Assembly: GCA_964589775.1 (NCBI GenBank)
Contig: CAZPUN010000023.1
Span: forward strand, 2,135 to 66,134
Direction: 5' to 3'
Source: an uncultured archaeon
GTDB lineage: Archaea > Asgardarchaeota > Thorarchaeia > Thorarchaeales > CAZPUN01
DNA length: 64,000 bases
The position numbers and the translations under genes were made by a program. The notes under the pieces are model-generated. The model was given only the letters and a program-made list of their open reading frames with translations. It had not been told where the DNA came from and ran no database searches. This document shows positions 1-10,025 of the stretch, piece after piece; position 1 is the stretch's first letter, and each line of letters begins with the position of its first letter.

Positions 1-2
1 AT

Positions 3-221
3 GATCCCACATCACTTACGGATTCAAAAGGTCGTGTTCTTCCTGATGTTTATTTGGTAAAAAATGGAACAACAACGCGGGAATTTGCTGGGCTTATTCA
101 TACAGATCTAGCAAAAAGTTTTCTATATGCAATAGATGTACGAACTAAGATGCGATTAGGTGAAAAGCATGTTCTGAAAGATCGTGATGTTATTAAGATT
201 GTTTCTACTAAAGGCACGTAA
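3..221 (+). CDS. 3' end of DRG/Obg-like GTPase (C-terminal TGS domain); partial, continues upstream of the window
   Basis: Frame-3 translation ends ...REFAGLIHTDLAKSFLYAIDVRTKMRLGEKHVLKDRDVIKIVSTKGT*, which resembles the TGS domain of DRG-family GTPases. The ORF is open to the window edge. Confidence 0.5.
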   Translation, partial: DPTSLTDSKGRVLPDVYLVKNGTTTREFAGLIHTDLAKSFLYAIDVRTKMRLGEKHVLKDRDVIKIVSTKGT

Positions 222-236
222 CATCACGTCTTAATT

Positions 237-533
237 TTGTCTCTGGTGATTTCATTGCGTCAATTCTCCCAAAAGTTAGAAACAATATTTGCAAGTAAGG
301 CACATGTTCGCGTAATCGAATTTTTTTTGTTAAATTCTGGTGAGATAATCAATCTGTCATCAATTGCACGCCTTACTAAACTATCTACGTCTACTGTTCA
401 CAGAGTTGTTTCTAAATTAGTTGATCTTGGCATTTTAAAAGAAATACGAATCGGAACACAAGTTAGAGCATTTTATTTGAATAGTGGAAGCAAAATAGTA
501 AAAGCGCTCAAAGAATTTTATGACCAAATTTAG
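237..533 (+). CDS. small winged-helix (ArsR/MarR-like) transcriptional regulator
   Basis: 98 aa with TTG start; HTH-like segment INLSSIARLTKLSTSTVHRVVSKLVDLGIL. Confidence 0.45.
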   Translation: MSLVISLRQFSQKLETIFASKAHVRVIEFFLLNSGEIINLSSIARLTKLSTSTVHRVVSKLVDLGILKEIRIGTQVRAFYLNSGSKIVKALKEFYDQI

Positions 534-648
534 TGGTGCGGAGGGCGAGATTTGAACTCGCGAACGCCTACGCGAGCAGATCTTGAGTCTGCCACCTATA
601 GTCGACCCCATTAATTAGGCGTCCTTGACCGGGCTTGGTTACCTCCGC
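534..648 (-). tRNA. tRNA-Leu (anticodon CAA) with a ~27-nt intron at a non-canonical position (D-arm region), CCA encoded
   Basis: Reverse complement reads GCGGAGG...CAGACTCAAGATCTG (anticodon loop CUCAAGA)...long variable arm CGCGTAGGCG...T-arm GCGAGTTCAAATCTCGC...CCTCCGCACCA. An extra ~27 nt (around ...CGCCTAATTAATGGGGTCGACTATA) lies between the D-loop and the anticodon stem (D-stem not cleanly folded by hand). Confidence 0.6.
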
Positions 649-702
649 ATTGTTTTAATGTTTTATTTTTTCAAATATAAAATTAATGGGAATGGCATAT
701 GT

Positions 703-1386
703 TTATGCATGTATGATTGTACCAATTTTTTCTCCATTTATTATTTTCAATATATTATCCGGATACTTTCCATCAAATATGATCGTTTTTATATGTGACC
801 GTCTAATGATTTCTACGGCGACCATATCAAATAGTTCATAGCTCCCAGCTTTTGAGCCTGAGTGTTCCATTAGTTTTTGAAATTCTTCTCCGGATATTTC
901 TTCTAATTTTCTGGCGCCGTTTTCATCAGGGGGTCTATCATAAACGCCATCTACATTTGTTGCATTAATCAATAAGTCTGCTTTTAATGTTTCTGCCATG
1001 ATTGCAGCAACGGCGTTTGTTGAATGCCCTGGAGTTAATCCACCCATTAAAACAATTTTTCCAGATGCAGCAAACTGCTCAAGTTCTTCGACAGTAGTTG
1101 CGATTTTTGGGTATGCAAGTTCACCCAGTGCTTCAGCTAATATCTTTGCGTTAAGGCGCGCTGCCTGAATGCCAAACTCATCGCAAATTGATTCAGGAGC
1201 CCCTAATGTTCTAGCTGCTTTTATGAACATACGTGCCGTTTTTCCGCCGCCTACGACAATTCCAATTCTATTACCTGTATCTATGATTTTTTTTATTACA
1301 TTAACGTATGTCTGAATTATTTCTGTGGAAATCGAGCCGTCATCATTATATAAAATCGAGCCTCCAATCTTAAGTACAATTCTCAT
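703..1386 (-). CDS. pyrH: uridylate (UMP) kinase
   Basis: 227 aa; KIGGS...VVGGG motifs and amino-acid kinase fold signature of archaeal UMP kinases. Confidence 0.85.
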   Translation of the reverse strand: MRIVLKIGGSILYNDDGSISTEIIQTYVNVIKKIIDTGNRIGIVVGGGKTARMFIKAARTLGAPESICDEFGIQAARLNAKILAEALGELAYPKIATTVEELEQFAASGKIVLMGGLTPGHSTNAVAAIMAETLKADLLINATNVDGVYDRPPDENGARKLEEISGEEFQKLMEHSGSKAGSYELFDMVAVEIIRRSHIKTIIFDGKYPDNILKIINGEKIGTIIHA

Positions 1387-1418
1387 AATTGTTCTACCTT
1401 GTAAAATCTTTGAAGGAA

Positions 1419-1515
1419 TGGTGGACCGTCCGGGGTTTGAACCCGGGGCTTACGGTCATTTTTGAAATGATCTCCGCCTTGCGAAGGCGGCGTGATGCCA
1501 CTTCACCAACGGCCC
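1419..1515 (-). tRNA. tRNA-Ala (anticodon CGC) with a ~21-nt intron in the variable-loop region, CCA encoded
   Basis: Reverse complement GGGCCGT..GTGAAGTGGCATCAC..CCGCCTTCGCAAGGCGG..[ATCATTTCAAAAATGACCGTA]..CCGGGTTCAAACCCCGG ACGGTCC ACCA. The G3:U70 alanine identity pair is present. The extra 21 nt sit between the anticodon stem and the T-stem. Confidence 0.6.
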
Positions 1516-1597
1516 ACTGATATTATCTGGTATCTAAAAAGTATTAAAAATTTTGTGAAGCGCCTTATTTTAAAAAAATGGAAGGGGACGTTGGAAC

Positions 1598-1972
1598 TTA
1601 AATTATTCCATATCTCCATTTTCTAATGGATACGAGTGCATAGGCAAGTCCCAAGGTTACAATTCCTAAGAATCCGCCTACAATTGCTAAAACGCCGAAA
1701 TCAAGTCTGTATTGAAAGACCATCCATGAGCCCAAGAAAAGAGTAATGACATCCATTATAGCAAAAAGGATTGCGTAAATGTAATATTGATAATCAAATT
1801 GTATATGTGATGTGCCTATCGGGACTTCTCCACATTCGTATGTATCATATTTTGCTTCAGATGGGACTCCTTTTGCTCTAGTGAGCTTAGAAGCTGTAAG
1901 CATAAGAATAGCAAATAAGGTTCCTGAACCCAACAATAGAATTACAGGCAGGAATTGTTCAAATAATGTCAT
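1598..1972 (-). CDS. nuoA: NADH-quinone oxidoreductase subunit A (NuoA/ND3-like), divergent from the rest of the operon
   Basis: KYDTYECGEVPIG...FDYQYYIYAILF matches the NuoA signature. ATG at 1972; the ORF extends to a TTG at 1990. Confidence 0.75.
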   Translation of the reverse strand: MTLFEQFLPVILLLGSGTLFAILMLTASKLTRAKGVPSEAKYDTYECGEVPIGTSHIQFDYQYYIYAILFAIMDVITLFLGSWMVFQYRLDFGVLAIVGGFLGIVTLGLAYALVSIRKWRYGII

Positions 1973-2152
1973 TGCTATCACTATCCACAATAAAATATAC
2001 TTTCAATTTTAAATATTTTGTCTGATACATTTCCATAAAAATACATATTTTTAAGTCTTTAGTTTCATTTTTGTAAATTACATGTGGTAATGTTTATAAG
2101 ATTGATAACAAATTTTCTAGCACGCTACTAAAGATAATTTAGGTGAGAAATT

Positions 2153-2683
2153 ATGGCTTGGTCCTTGGAATTCATCGAATTCATTATTTTAGCAGGACTA
2201 GCTATTGCTTCTGCTATACTTACATTAGAAACCCGCGAAATTATCTATGGTCTATTCTATTTTGGAATTTTCACGATCGCTGTTGGCGGTCTTTACATAT
2301 TGCTTAACGCGGGTTATCTAGCTATGTTTCAAATGGCTATTTATGCAGGGGCAGTGGTTGTTCTTGTTTTCTTCGCAATTATGCTAGTCCGAAGAAAAGA
2401 AGGAGTTCCAATGTGTTCATATCCCAGTATAAAAACAAAAGTTGGTAGTGCAATACTTAGTATTCTTCTAATTGTATTTGTGCTTTACTTTGTATTGCAA
2501 TATCCATGGGTACAAGCAGTAACACTACCTGTTGTAGATCCCGGTGATATATTCTATGTTCTAATGAGTAATCAACTTCTATCCTTTGAACTAATAGCTG
2601 TATTATCTACAGCTACAATCATTGGTGGTGTTGCTTTGGTACGAAATGATATCGAAATTGAAGAATCTGAGGAGGGTCAATAA
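2153..2683 (+). CDS. nuoJ: NADH-quinone oxidoreductase subunit J (ND6-like)
   Basis: 176-aa polytopic membrane protein; motif MAIYAGAVVVLVFFAIML typical of NuoJ; RBS aggtga upstream. Confidence 0.7.
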   Translation: MAWSLEFIEFIILAGLAIASAILTLETREIIYGLFYFGIFTIAVGGLYILLNAGYLAMFQMAIYAGAVVVLVFFAIMLVRRKEGVPMCSYPSIKTKVGSAILSILLIVFVLYFVLQYPWVQAVTLPVVDPGDIFYVLMSNQLLSFELIAVLSTATIIGGVALVRNDIEIEESEEGQ

Positions 2684-2994
2684 TGGACATACCTCTTGAT
2701 TATTTCATTATGCTGTCGGTAATGCTCTTTGGTGTTGGTGTATACGGAGTCCTAACCAGACGAAGTATCATCCGTATGCTTATGGGCGTTGAAATTATGA
2801 TGAATGCAGCTAATATCAACTTGATTGCGTTTTCAATTTACTCATCGCCATTCAATTTGAGCGGTCAGGTACTAGCTTTATTCTCAATAGCAATTGCGGC
2901 TGCTGAAGTTGCAGTAGGTCTTGCAATACTGATTCTTGTATATCGCAATCATTCGACAATTGATGTTAGCGAGTTAAAATCTCTTAATGGGTGA
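2683..2994 (+). CDS. nuoK: NADH-quinone oxidoreductase subunit K (ND4L-like)
   Basis: 103 aa; GVEIMMNAANINLIAFS and the conserved Glu residues of NuoK/MrpC. Confidence 0.85.
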   Translation: MDIPLDYFIMLSVMLFGVGVYGVLTRRSIIRMLMGVEIMMNAANINLIAFSIYSSPFNLSGQVLALFSIAIAAAEVAVGLAILILVYRNHSTIDVSELKSLNG

Positions 2995-3449
2995 TTACTA
3001 TGGGATTAAAAAGTTGGGCAAGAAAATCATCATTATGGCCAGTCCGTTTTTGTATAGCTTGTTGTTCTACTGAAATGGCCGCTGCAATGGCATCTAGGTT
3101 TGATATGGAGCGATTCGGAGTTATGCCAATTTGGGGACCGCGCCAAGGAGATTTCCTTATGATTGCAGGATATGTCTCTAAAAAGATGGCAAAAAGATTA
3201 GTCCAAATTTATGAACAAATGCCCGAACCTCGATATGTTTTGGCACTTGGCGATTGTACGATGTCTGGTGGTCCTTATTGGGACAGTTACAATGTAATCG
3301 AAAATGTTGGTGATTTAGTCCCCATTGATGTATTTGTACCTGGATGTCCACCTAGGCCTGAAGCAATCCTGAAGGGCATTGAACTAATTCAACAAATGAT
3401 CGAAAAGGGCGAACGACCTAAAGATAAAAAGCCCGTTGTTGTTCAATAG
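2991..3449 (+). CDS. nuoB: NADH-quinone oxidoreductase subunit B (PSST, N2 cluster)
   Basis: CIACCSTEM ... GDC ... PGCPP cysteine pattern of NuoB. Confidence 0.9.
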   Translation: MITMGLKSWARKSSLWPVRFCIACCSTEMAAAMASRFDMERFGVMPIWGPRQGDFLMIAGYVSKKMAKRLVQIYEQMPEPRYVLALGDCTMSGGPYWDSYNVIENVGDLVPIDVFVPGCPPRPEAILKGIELIQQMIEKGERPKDKKPVVVQ

Positions 3450-3460
3450 GAGGGTTATCA

Positions 3461-3919
3461 GTGGCAACAAATGACGAAATTGTTCAGGTCTTAAAGGATA
3501 AATTTGGAGATAACATAAAAGAAGTTGTAACTGATGATTTCAAACATACTTATGTTACAATTTCGAGAGATATTCTAAAGGATGCTGCAAAAACAATTGC
3601 AGAAAACATGGAGAAGCCCCTTGCGGAAATGGTTGCTGTTTCTGATTTTGCGGAAAAACAAGAGTTCGAGCTTGTATATACCTTCTGGGATTATGTAGGC
3701 AAAAATCTAATTCACTTGAAGGTATATGTTCCATATTCAGATCCAGTTGTTCCATCTCTTGCATTAGACTTTCCTGCTTTAGATTGGTATGAGCGTGAAG
3801 GGCACGAGATGTTCGGTGTAAACTTTGAAGGTCATCCAAATCTTGCGCCATTATTACTTGAGGGCTTCGAAGGTGAATATCCGATGCGAAAGAGCTTTAA
3901 GTTAGAACGAAACAGGTAG
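3461..3919 (+). CDS. nuoC: NADH-quinone oxidoreductase subunit C (30 kDa)
   Basis: YEREGHEMFGVNFEGHPNLAPLLL NuoC signature. Confidence 0.85.
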   Translation: MATNDEIVQVLKDKFGDNIKEVVTDDFKHTYVTISRDILKDAAKTIAENMEKPLAEMVAVSDFAEKQEFELVYTFWDYVGKNLIHLKVYVPYSDPVVPSLALDFPALDWYEREGHEMFGVNFEGHPNLAPLLLEGFEGEYPMRKSFKLERNR

Positions 3920-3927
3920 GTGAAAAT

Positions 3928-5016
3928 ATGAAACAGCAAGTCGAAGTTTATTATGGTCCTCAGCATCCTGGAACGCATCCGTTTTCAATTCTTCTCAAGC
4001 TTGATGGTGATATCATAATTGATGCAGAGCCCAAAATAGGCTATGTTCATCGTGCTATAGAAAAATTAGCCGAGTATCGCGATTTCTATCAGAACATCCC
4101 CATTATGGAACGTGCATGTTTTCTCGAAGATCTGATTCATGAACATGGATATATGATCGCTGCAGAGAAGCTTCTGGGTGTTGAAATTCCAGAGCGCGCA
4201 GAATATTTGCGTGTTATTACTGCCGAACTAAGCCGTATTATTAGTCTTTTAATGTGGTTCAGTATGTTCGGTGGTGAAACAGGTCTTAGCACGACATTCA
4301 TGTGGGGCTTTACAGACAGAGAAAAATTACTTGATATTATGACTGAAATTACAGGTGCGCGTGTTGCATTTGCATACTTCCTACCTGGTGGTGTGCGATG
4401 GGACTTTCCTGAAGGTATTGAGGATAAGCTTAGAAAATATCTTGACTATCAAGAAGAACAACTAGATGTCTATAAAGGACTATTAATGGATAATTCAATC
4501 TTTATAGACCGTACCAAGGGTGTGGGCGTTGCAGATCCAGATACGCTCATAAAGCTTGGAGCATCCGGTCCCGTTCTTCGTGCAAGTGGATTCAAATACG
4601 ATCTTCGTGTTGATGCACCCTATGGTGTATATGATCATTTCAAGATCGATACCCCTGTTCTTCATAATGGCGACTCATATGACCGTACTATGATTCGTCT
4701 TATGGATATTAAAACAAGTATTGACATTGTCCGCCAAGCGTTAGACCAATTACCTTCAGGAGATGTACGTGTTAAAGTGCGTTCCAAGAAGAAAGCTGCA
4801 CCTGGCGCAGTATATTCTCGCGTAGAATCTGCAAGAGGTATTTTGGGCTACTATATAATTTCTAATGGAACAAACAAGCCATATCGAATTAAGATTCGTG
4901 GGCCTTCGTTCTCTCATATGTATGTATTTCCACACTTAATTCGCGGTCTTCATCTGGCTGATGTTCCTATGGTATTGGGCACATTAGACGTATGCCCTGC
5001 AGATCTGGATAGGTGA
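3928..5016 (+). CDS. nuoD: NADH-quinone oxidoreductase subunit D (49 kDa), no NiFe-binding Cys pairs
   Basis: N-terminus YGPQHPGTHP, C-terminus LGTLDVCPADLDR. The RxCGxC / DPCxxC hydrogenase motifs are absent, so this is a Nuo/Fpo-type subunit, not a hydrogenase large subunit. Confidence 0.9.
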   Translation: MKQQVEVYYGPQHPGTHPFSILLKLDGDIIIDAEPKIGYVHRAIEKLAEYRDFYQNIPIMERACFLEDLIHEHGYMIAAEKLLGVEIPERAEYLRVITAELSRIISLLMWFSMFGGETGLSTTFMWGFTDREKLLDIMTEITGARVAFAYFLPGGVRWDFPEGIEDKLRKYLDYQEEQLDVYKGLLMDNSIFIDRTKGVGVADPDTLIKLGASGPVLRASGFKYDLRVDAPYGVYDHFKIDTPVLHNGDSYDRTMIRLMDIKTSIDIVRQALDQLPSGDVRVKVRSKKKAAPGAVYSRVESARGILGYYIISNGTNKPYRIKIRGPSFSHMYVFPHLIRGLHLADVPMVLGTLDVCPADLDR

Positions 5017-5996
5017 TAGCTATGGATTTCCTGATGACATTTATCCAACTGTTCCTGTTTCCAGGCTTTACATTTGTATTGATCTCCGCATTAATGCTTA
5101 TGTACCTGGAGCGTAAAATCATTGCAAGAATGCACATGAGACGTGGTCCCTACTACGTTGGAAAGGCTGGTATCTTGCAGACACTTGCAGACTTATTGAA
5201 ATTACTCTATAAAGAAGTAATTGTTCCTAAGACTGCATCAAAATGGGTGCTGTTGGGTGTTCCAACATTAATGTTAATTCTATCATGGGCACCTCTGGCT
5301 GTAATCCCATATGATAGCTGGTATTACTTGTCCAGATTCAATGTAAGTCTCCTATTCGTATTTGCAGCATTATCAGTGTTTCCATTCTTAGGCATGTTAT
5401 TGGGTTGGGGCTCTGGAAGTAAATATTCATTAATCGGTGGTTATCGTGGAGCGTCACAGCAAATCGCTTATGAATTGCCATTGTTCCTGTCTGCATTAAT
5501 TCCTGCATTCTTCGCTGGCAGTTTAGATCTATGGGAGATTGCAGCAGCTCAATCGAAAATCTGGTTTGGCTTCCTGCATCCAATTGCAATGATCTTGTTC
5601 TTCATATCAATGTTAGCTGAACTTGAAAGAATACCATTCGATATTCCTGAGGCTGAAAGCGAACTTGTTTTCGGTTGGAAGACTGACCTTAGTGGTATTT
5701 ACTTCGGGTTCTCAATATTTGCAGGTTATACTTTATTGTTTGCAGAATCTGCATTCTTTGTCACACTATTCTTAGGCGGATGGAATGGGCCATTCTTACC
5801 CGGTTGGCTATGGTTCTTCATTAAGACATTCATTGTACTATACATAATGTTCTGGATTCGAGCTGCACAGCCCCGATACCGAATGGACCAATTACTATCA
5901 ATTAGTTGGAAGAAATTTGTACCGATTGCAATATTCAACATAATCTTGGGAGTCTTCATAATGCTATACATAGTTCCCATAATTGGAGGAATATAA
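5013..5996 (+). CDS. nuoH: NADH-quinone oxidoreductase subunit H (ND1)
   Basis: LERKIIARMHMRRGP and ELERIPFD motifs. Confidence 0.9.
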   Translation: MIAMDFLMTFIQLFLFPGFTFVLISALMLMYLERKIIARMHMRRGPYYVGKAGILQTLADLLKLLYKEVIVPKTASKWVLLGVPTLMLILSWAPLAVIPYDSWYYLSRFNVSLLFVFAALSVFPFLGMLLGWGSGSKYSLIGGYRGASQQIAYELPLFLSALIPAFFAGSLDLWEIAAAQSKIWFGFLHPIAMILFFISMLAELERIPFDIPEAESELVFGWKTDLSGIYFGFSIFAGYTLLFAESAFFVTLFLGGWNGPFLPGWLWFFIKTFIVLYIMFWIRAAQPRYRMDQLLSISWKKFVPIAIFNIILGVFIMLYIVPIIGGI

Positions 5997-6435
5997 AATG
6001 GGCAGACTTGGATTTCTAAAAAGTATGTATCTGACATTTAAGCAGTTTTTCAGAAAGCCAGTCACAGTGTTATATCCTGAAGAGCGAATTCCCGATTTCT
6101 CACGATACCGTGGAATTCACTTATTAAATATGCAAAAATGCAAGGGTTGTAACCTATGTGGTATGGCTTGTCCTAACTTTGCCATTAAAATGGTTGAGCG
6201 ACTAAATCCAAAAACTGGTAAAATGTCCAAATATCCCGAGATCAATATGGCACGTTGTATGTTCTGTGGATTATGCGAAGATGCATGTCCATTAGATTGT
6301 TTGAAGCTCGGGGGAATATATGACTTTGCAACTGATTCATTTGAAGAATTAATATTTCCCCCTGAAAAACTAGCGGAGTTATGGGAACAAAGATTCGGTA
6401 CTCCCGCATTATTAGAATCAAAATCAAATGAGTAA
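5983..6435 (+). CDS. nuoI: NADH-quinone oxidoreductase subunit I (2x[4Fe-4S] ferredoxin, TYKY)
   Basis: CKGCNLCGMACP and CMFCGLCEDACP motifs. Confidence 0.9.
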   Translation: MEEYKMGRLGFLKSMYLTFKQFFRKPVTVLYPEERIPDFSRYRGIHLLNMQKCKGCNLCGMACPNFAIKMVERLNPKTGKMSKYPEINMARCMFCGLCEDACPLDCLKLGGIYDFATDSFEELIFPPEKLAELWEQRFGTPALLESKSNE

Positions 6436-7939
6436 ACGAGGGATGATCAAAGTGATTGCATATTCATTAACACTTGCATTGGTAATACCTGCAGTATTTG
6501 CTTTAGTGATATTTGCAGGTCGTGGAAAATTAGGTAAAGCAAGTGGGATTTTAGCATCAATTTCATTATTATTCTCGGCATTTCTAATCCTTTCAAACTA
6601 TTTTGAAATTGCAAGTGCAGGAGTAGTTCAAGAGTCCTACGTCTGGTCAGACTATCTAGGGCTTACTATGGGCCTATTATTGGATTCACTAAGCTTCCCA
6701 TTAACTTCTATGATCGCCATACTTGGACTAGTAGTTTCAATTTATAGCGTTGAATACATGAAGGATGACAGTAAGAAAGAATCTTTCTTTGGTCACTTTC
6801 TGTTCTTCTACATTGGCATGTTAGGTGTTACCCTAGCAACAAACTTGTTTGAGTTCTACTTCTTCTGGGAACTCATGTTAATTCCATCATACTTCTTAAT
6901 TACAATCTGGGGAACACCTGAGCGTGCAAGAAAAATTGGTGTGAAATACTTCCTATTCACTCATGTTGGAGCACTTGCAATGCTTATTGGTATTGCATTT
7001 ACTTATGCACATGCTGGCACTTTCGATATTGCTGCGATTCCTGCAGCTCTAGCTGGTTTGGATGTCTCAATTACATTACCTATATTTGTATTGTTTGTAA
7101 TTGGGTTCGCTGTTAAAATGGCAATATTTCCGTTCCACACATGGTTGCCAGATGCACATGGTGAAGCACCCACACCAATCAGCGTTTTGCTTAGTGGTGT
7201 CATGATCGAAACAGCTGGATATGCACTTTTGCGAATTGCAGCAGCTTTCTATCCCAATGCATATCAACTTAGCTCATTCTGGTTAATGACATTCTCCGTG
7301 ATCACAATGATTTACGGCGGAATGATGGCACTTGTTCAAACAGATATCAAAAGATTGCTTGCATATAGCAGTGTTAGCCAGATGGGCTATGTAATGTTTG
7401 GCTTATCTTCTGCAACATTACTTGGTGTCATTGGTGGTATGTTCCATATAGTTGTACATGCACTAGGAAAGGGTATACTCTTTATGACTGCAGGAGTTGT
7501 AATGCATCAAGCTCATCACTTACGAGACTTGACAAAAATGGGTGGTCTGGGTAGAAAAATGCCAAAGACTGCTGTTATTGCATTCATCGCTGCATTAAGT
7601 TTAGCAGGAACTCCTCCACTTGGTGGATTTGTAAGTGAATTCTTCATATTCTCAGGTGGTTTGACCTCTGTTATTGCTTACGGTACAACTCTGGCATATG
7701 TGATCGGTGCATTTGCATTATTGAGCTCCATACTCTCTGCAGCTTATATGCTTAGATTACTATGGAAAGTATTTCTAGGTCCAACTCCAGAGCACTTGAA
7801 TGATGTGAAAGACCCCTCAATATTAATGTGGGGCTCCATGGCAGTATTGGCTATTCTAACCGTGGGCTTTGGTTTATTCCCAGGCTTAATGGTAGATATC
7901 ATCAGCCATTCTGCGCATGCGCTCTTAAACATTCCATAG
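6428..7939 (+). CDS. additional NuoM/NuoN(MrpD)-family antiporter-like subunit
   Basis: 503-aa polytopic protein with the WLPDAHGEAPTP motif of the NuoM/N/MrpD family. It sits between nuoI and nuoL. Confidence 0.75.
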   Translation: MSKRGMIKVIAYSLTLALVIPAVFALVIFAGRGKLGKASGILASISLLFSAFLILSNYFEIASAGVVQESYVWSDYLGLTMGLLLDSLSFPLTSMIAILGLVVSIYSVEYMKDDSKKESFFGHFLFFYIGMLGVTLATNLFEFYFFWELMLIPSYFLITIWGTPERARKIGVKYFLFTHVGALAMLIGIAFTYAHAGTFDIAAIPAALAGLDVSITLPIFVLFVIGFAVKMAIFPFHTWLPDAHGEAPTPISVLLSGVMIETAGYALLRIAAAFYPNAYQLSSFWLMTFSVITMIYGGMMALVQTDIKRLLAYSSVSQMGYVMFGLSSATLLGVIGGMFHIVVHALGKGILFMTAGVVMHQAHHLRDLTKMGGLGRKMPKTAVIAFIAALSLAGTPPLGGFVSEFFIFSGGLTSVIAYGTTLAYVIGAFALLSSILSAAYMLRLLWKVFLGPTPEHLNDVKDPSILMWGSMAVLAILTVGFGLFPGLMVDIISHSAHALLNIP

Positions 7940-7952
7940 GTGGTGGTACAGA

Positions 7953-10025
7953 ATGATCTTGGATTACTCTCCTATCCTGATATTCATGGTACCTTTAGTA
8001 GGTGCATTATTGGTACCTTTAGTTGGAAAATTACCAAGAAAAATCCTTGAAGGATATGCTATTACTGTAGCATTGATTTCTGCATTTCTTGGAGTCTATA
8101 TGTTACCATGGGCCATTGGTATGCAGCATCCCATTGTCATTCGGTTCGACTGGTTACCTGAATTTGGAATCAGTTTGGGCGTATACGCAGATCAACTTAG
8201 TCTATTCATGGCTGCAATGGTCTCATTTGTAAGCTCATTAATTGTAATTTACAGCAAGGACTACATGGCTGGAGACGAAGCATATGTCCGATATTACTTC
8301 TTCATATTGTTCTTCATTGGAAATATGCTCGGTCTAATTATGGCTGAAAACTTAGTATTGCTCTTCATGTTCTGGGAAGGCGTAGGTCTTTGCAGTTATG
8401 GACTCATTGGTTTCTGGAATAAAGATAATGAGAATGTACGCAGTGGTACTAAAGCATTCATAGTCACCCGTGCAGGTGATGTAGGTCTTCTTGCTGGAAT
8501 TATCATTATCTATCTACAAACTCATACACTTAGCTTTGTAGAGATGGAAGAAAATATTGGTGCTTTTGCCCAAGCACTTGGTGGCTCTATTACTTTGGTA
8601 GGGCTATTGTTATTCGCCGGTGCTGTTGGTAAATCCGCACAGTTTCCATTGAATATCTGGCTTCCTGAGGCTATGGCTGGTCCTACAACGGTATCTGCAT
8701 TAATTCATGCTGCTACAATGGTAAAAGCTGGTGTATATCTAATTGCCCGATTCTTGCCGATCTTCTTTGAAATAAAGGAGATTCTTATTGGCGGAATTGC
8801 TGCCTATGCATTGCAAGTAGAAAATATGTTTACTGTAATCGCTTGGGTTGGTGTATTCACCGCATTTATGGCAGGCTCTATGGGCATGGCTGCACGTGAG
8901 CTCAAGAAGGTTCTTGCATTCTCAACAGTCAGCCAACTTGGATACATGATGATGGGACTCGGCGTAGCTGGATTAATGATGGAAAGCACCGAAGGATATT
9001 TCGCATCTGTATTTCATATGACTGCCCACATGCTATTCAAGGCACTCTTATTCTTATCTGCGGGTGCCGTCATTCACGCAGTGCATACAAAAGATATGTT
9101 TGAAATGGGTGGTCTAAAGGATAAGATGCCCCTAACATACAAAGTGATGCTTATTGGTGCGTTATCTCTATCTGGTATTCCTCCGCTTGCCGGTTTCTTC
9201 AGCAAAGAGACACTATTTGATGTTGTCTGGATTTATGCTGGTGAAGTTGGAACCATGGGTCTCATAATGTTCATCATTGCTGTAGTTGCTGCAATATTCA
9301 CATTCTTCTACAGCTTGAGAATGATTGGCGTTGTCTTCTTTGGAAAACCAAGTGAAATTGTTGAAGAGCACCATGCACATGATCCTCATATCTACATGAA
9401 ATTCTCCTTAGTTGTACTTGCTGCATTAACTTTAATCAGTGGATTCTTTGGACCATGGATCGAAGCCTACTTAATTCCAAGTGTTCATATGCCCGGTGTT
9501 ATTGATGGCCTTATGATGCTGTTTGGTAAAGTATTTACACCAATCAGTATGATGGTCTTGGGTACAATCTTAGTTGTAGGCGGTGTTCCGGGATACTTCA
9601 TATATATCAAGCGTAGTTGGAACGCAGAAAAGATTGGTAAATCAAAGCTTCACACCTTCCTATACAACCGCTGGTATTGGAATACAATTCTCGTCAAAAT
9701 ATTTGTCAATGGATTCCATGCCTTATCTCGTGGTATCTTTAATACCTTTGAAAAGGCTCTAGATAAACTAAATGATGCCATTGTCAGTGGTAACATAAAG
9801 TTATCTCATGGTATGGAGAAATTTGATAGAAAAGGCGTGGATGGTGTGGTCAATGGCATTGTATCTGCAAGTGTTGCAGGTTCAAAAGCTGTTGATAAGA
9901 CACAGACCGGTAACGCACAAACCTACCTGCAGGTTGGCTTAATCGGTCTTGTAATACTGTTAATAACATTGTCGTTGATACTTAACGACCAAATTACATT
10001 CTTAATTCAATGGCTGGTGAGCTAA
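7953..10025 (+). CDS. nuoL: NADH-quinone oxidoreductase subunit L (ND5/MrpA-like)
   Basis: 690 aa; WLPEAMAGPTTVSALIHAATMV motif and the long C-terminal extension typical of NuoL. Confidence 0.85.
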   Translation: MILDYSPILIFMVPLVGALLVPLVGKLPRKILEGYAITVALISAFLGVYMLPWAIGMQHPIVIRFDWLPEFGISLGVYADQLSLFMAAMVSFVSSLIVIYSKDYMAGDEAYVRYYFFILFFIGNMLGLIMAENLVLLFMFWEGVGLCSYGLIGFWNKDNENVRSGTKAFIVTRAGDVGLLAGIIIIYLQTHTLSFVEMEENIGAFAQALGGSITLVGLLLFAGAVGKSAQFPLNIWLPEAMAGPTTVSALIHAATMVKAGVYLIARFLPIFFEIKEILIGGIAAYALQVENMFTVIAWVGVFTAFMAGSMGMAARELKKVLAFSTVSQLGYMMMGLGVAGLMMESTEGYFASVFHMTAHMLFKALLFLSAGAVIHAVHTKDMFEMGGLKDKMPLTYKVMLIGALSLSGIPPLAGFFSKETLFDVVWIYAGEVGTMGLIMFIIAVVAAIFTFFYSLRMIGVVFFGKPSEIVEEHHAHDPHIYMKFSLVVLAALTLISGFFGPWIEAYLIPSVHMPGVIDGLMMLFGKVFTPISMMVLGTILVVGGVPGYFIYIKRSWNAEKIGKSKLHTFLYNRWYWNTILVKIFVNGFHALSRGIFNTFEKALDKLNDAIVSGNIKLSHGMEKFDRKGVDGVVNGIVSASVAGSKAVDKTQTGNAQTYLQVGLIGLVILLITLSLILNDQITFLIQWLVS

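Noticed and set aside
3555-3851. 98-aa ORF antisense to nuoC
   Set aside because: Lies entirely within a well-supported NuoC coding region on the opposite strand; no RBS or domain. Shadow ORF.
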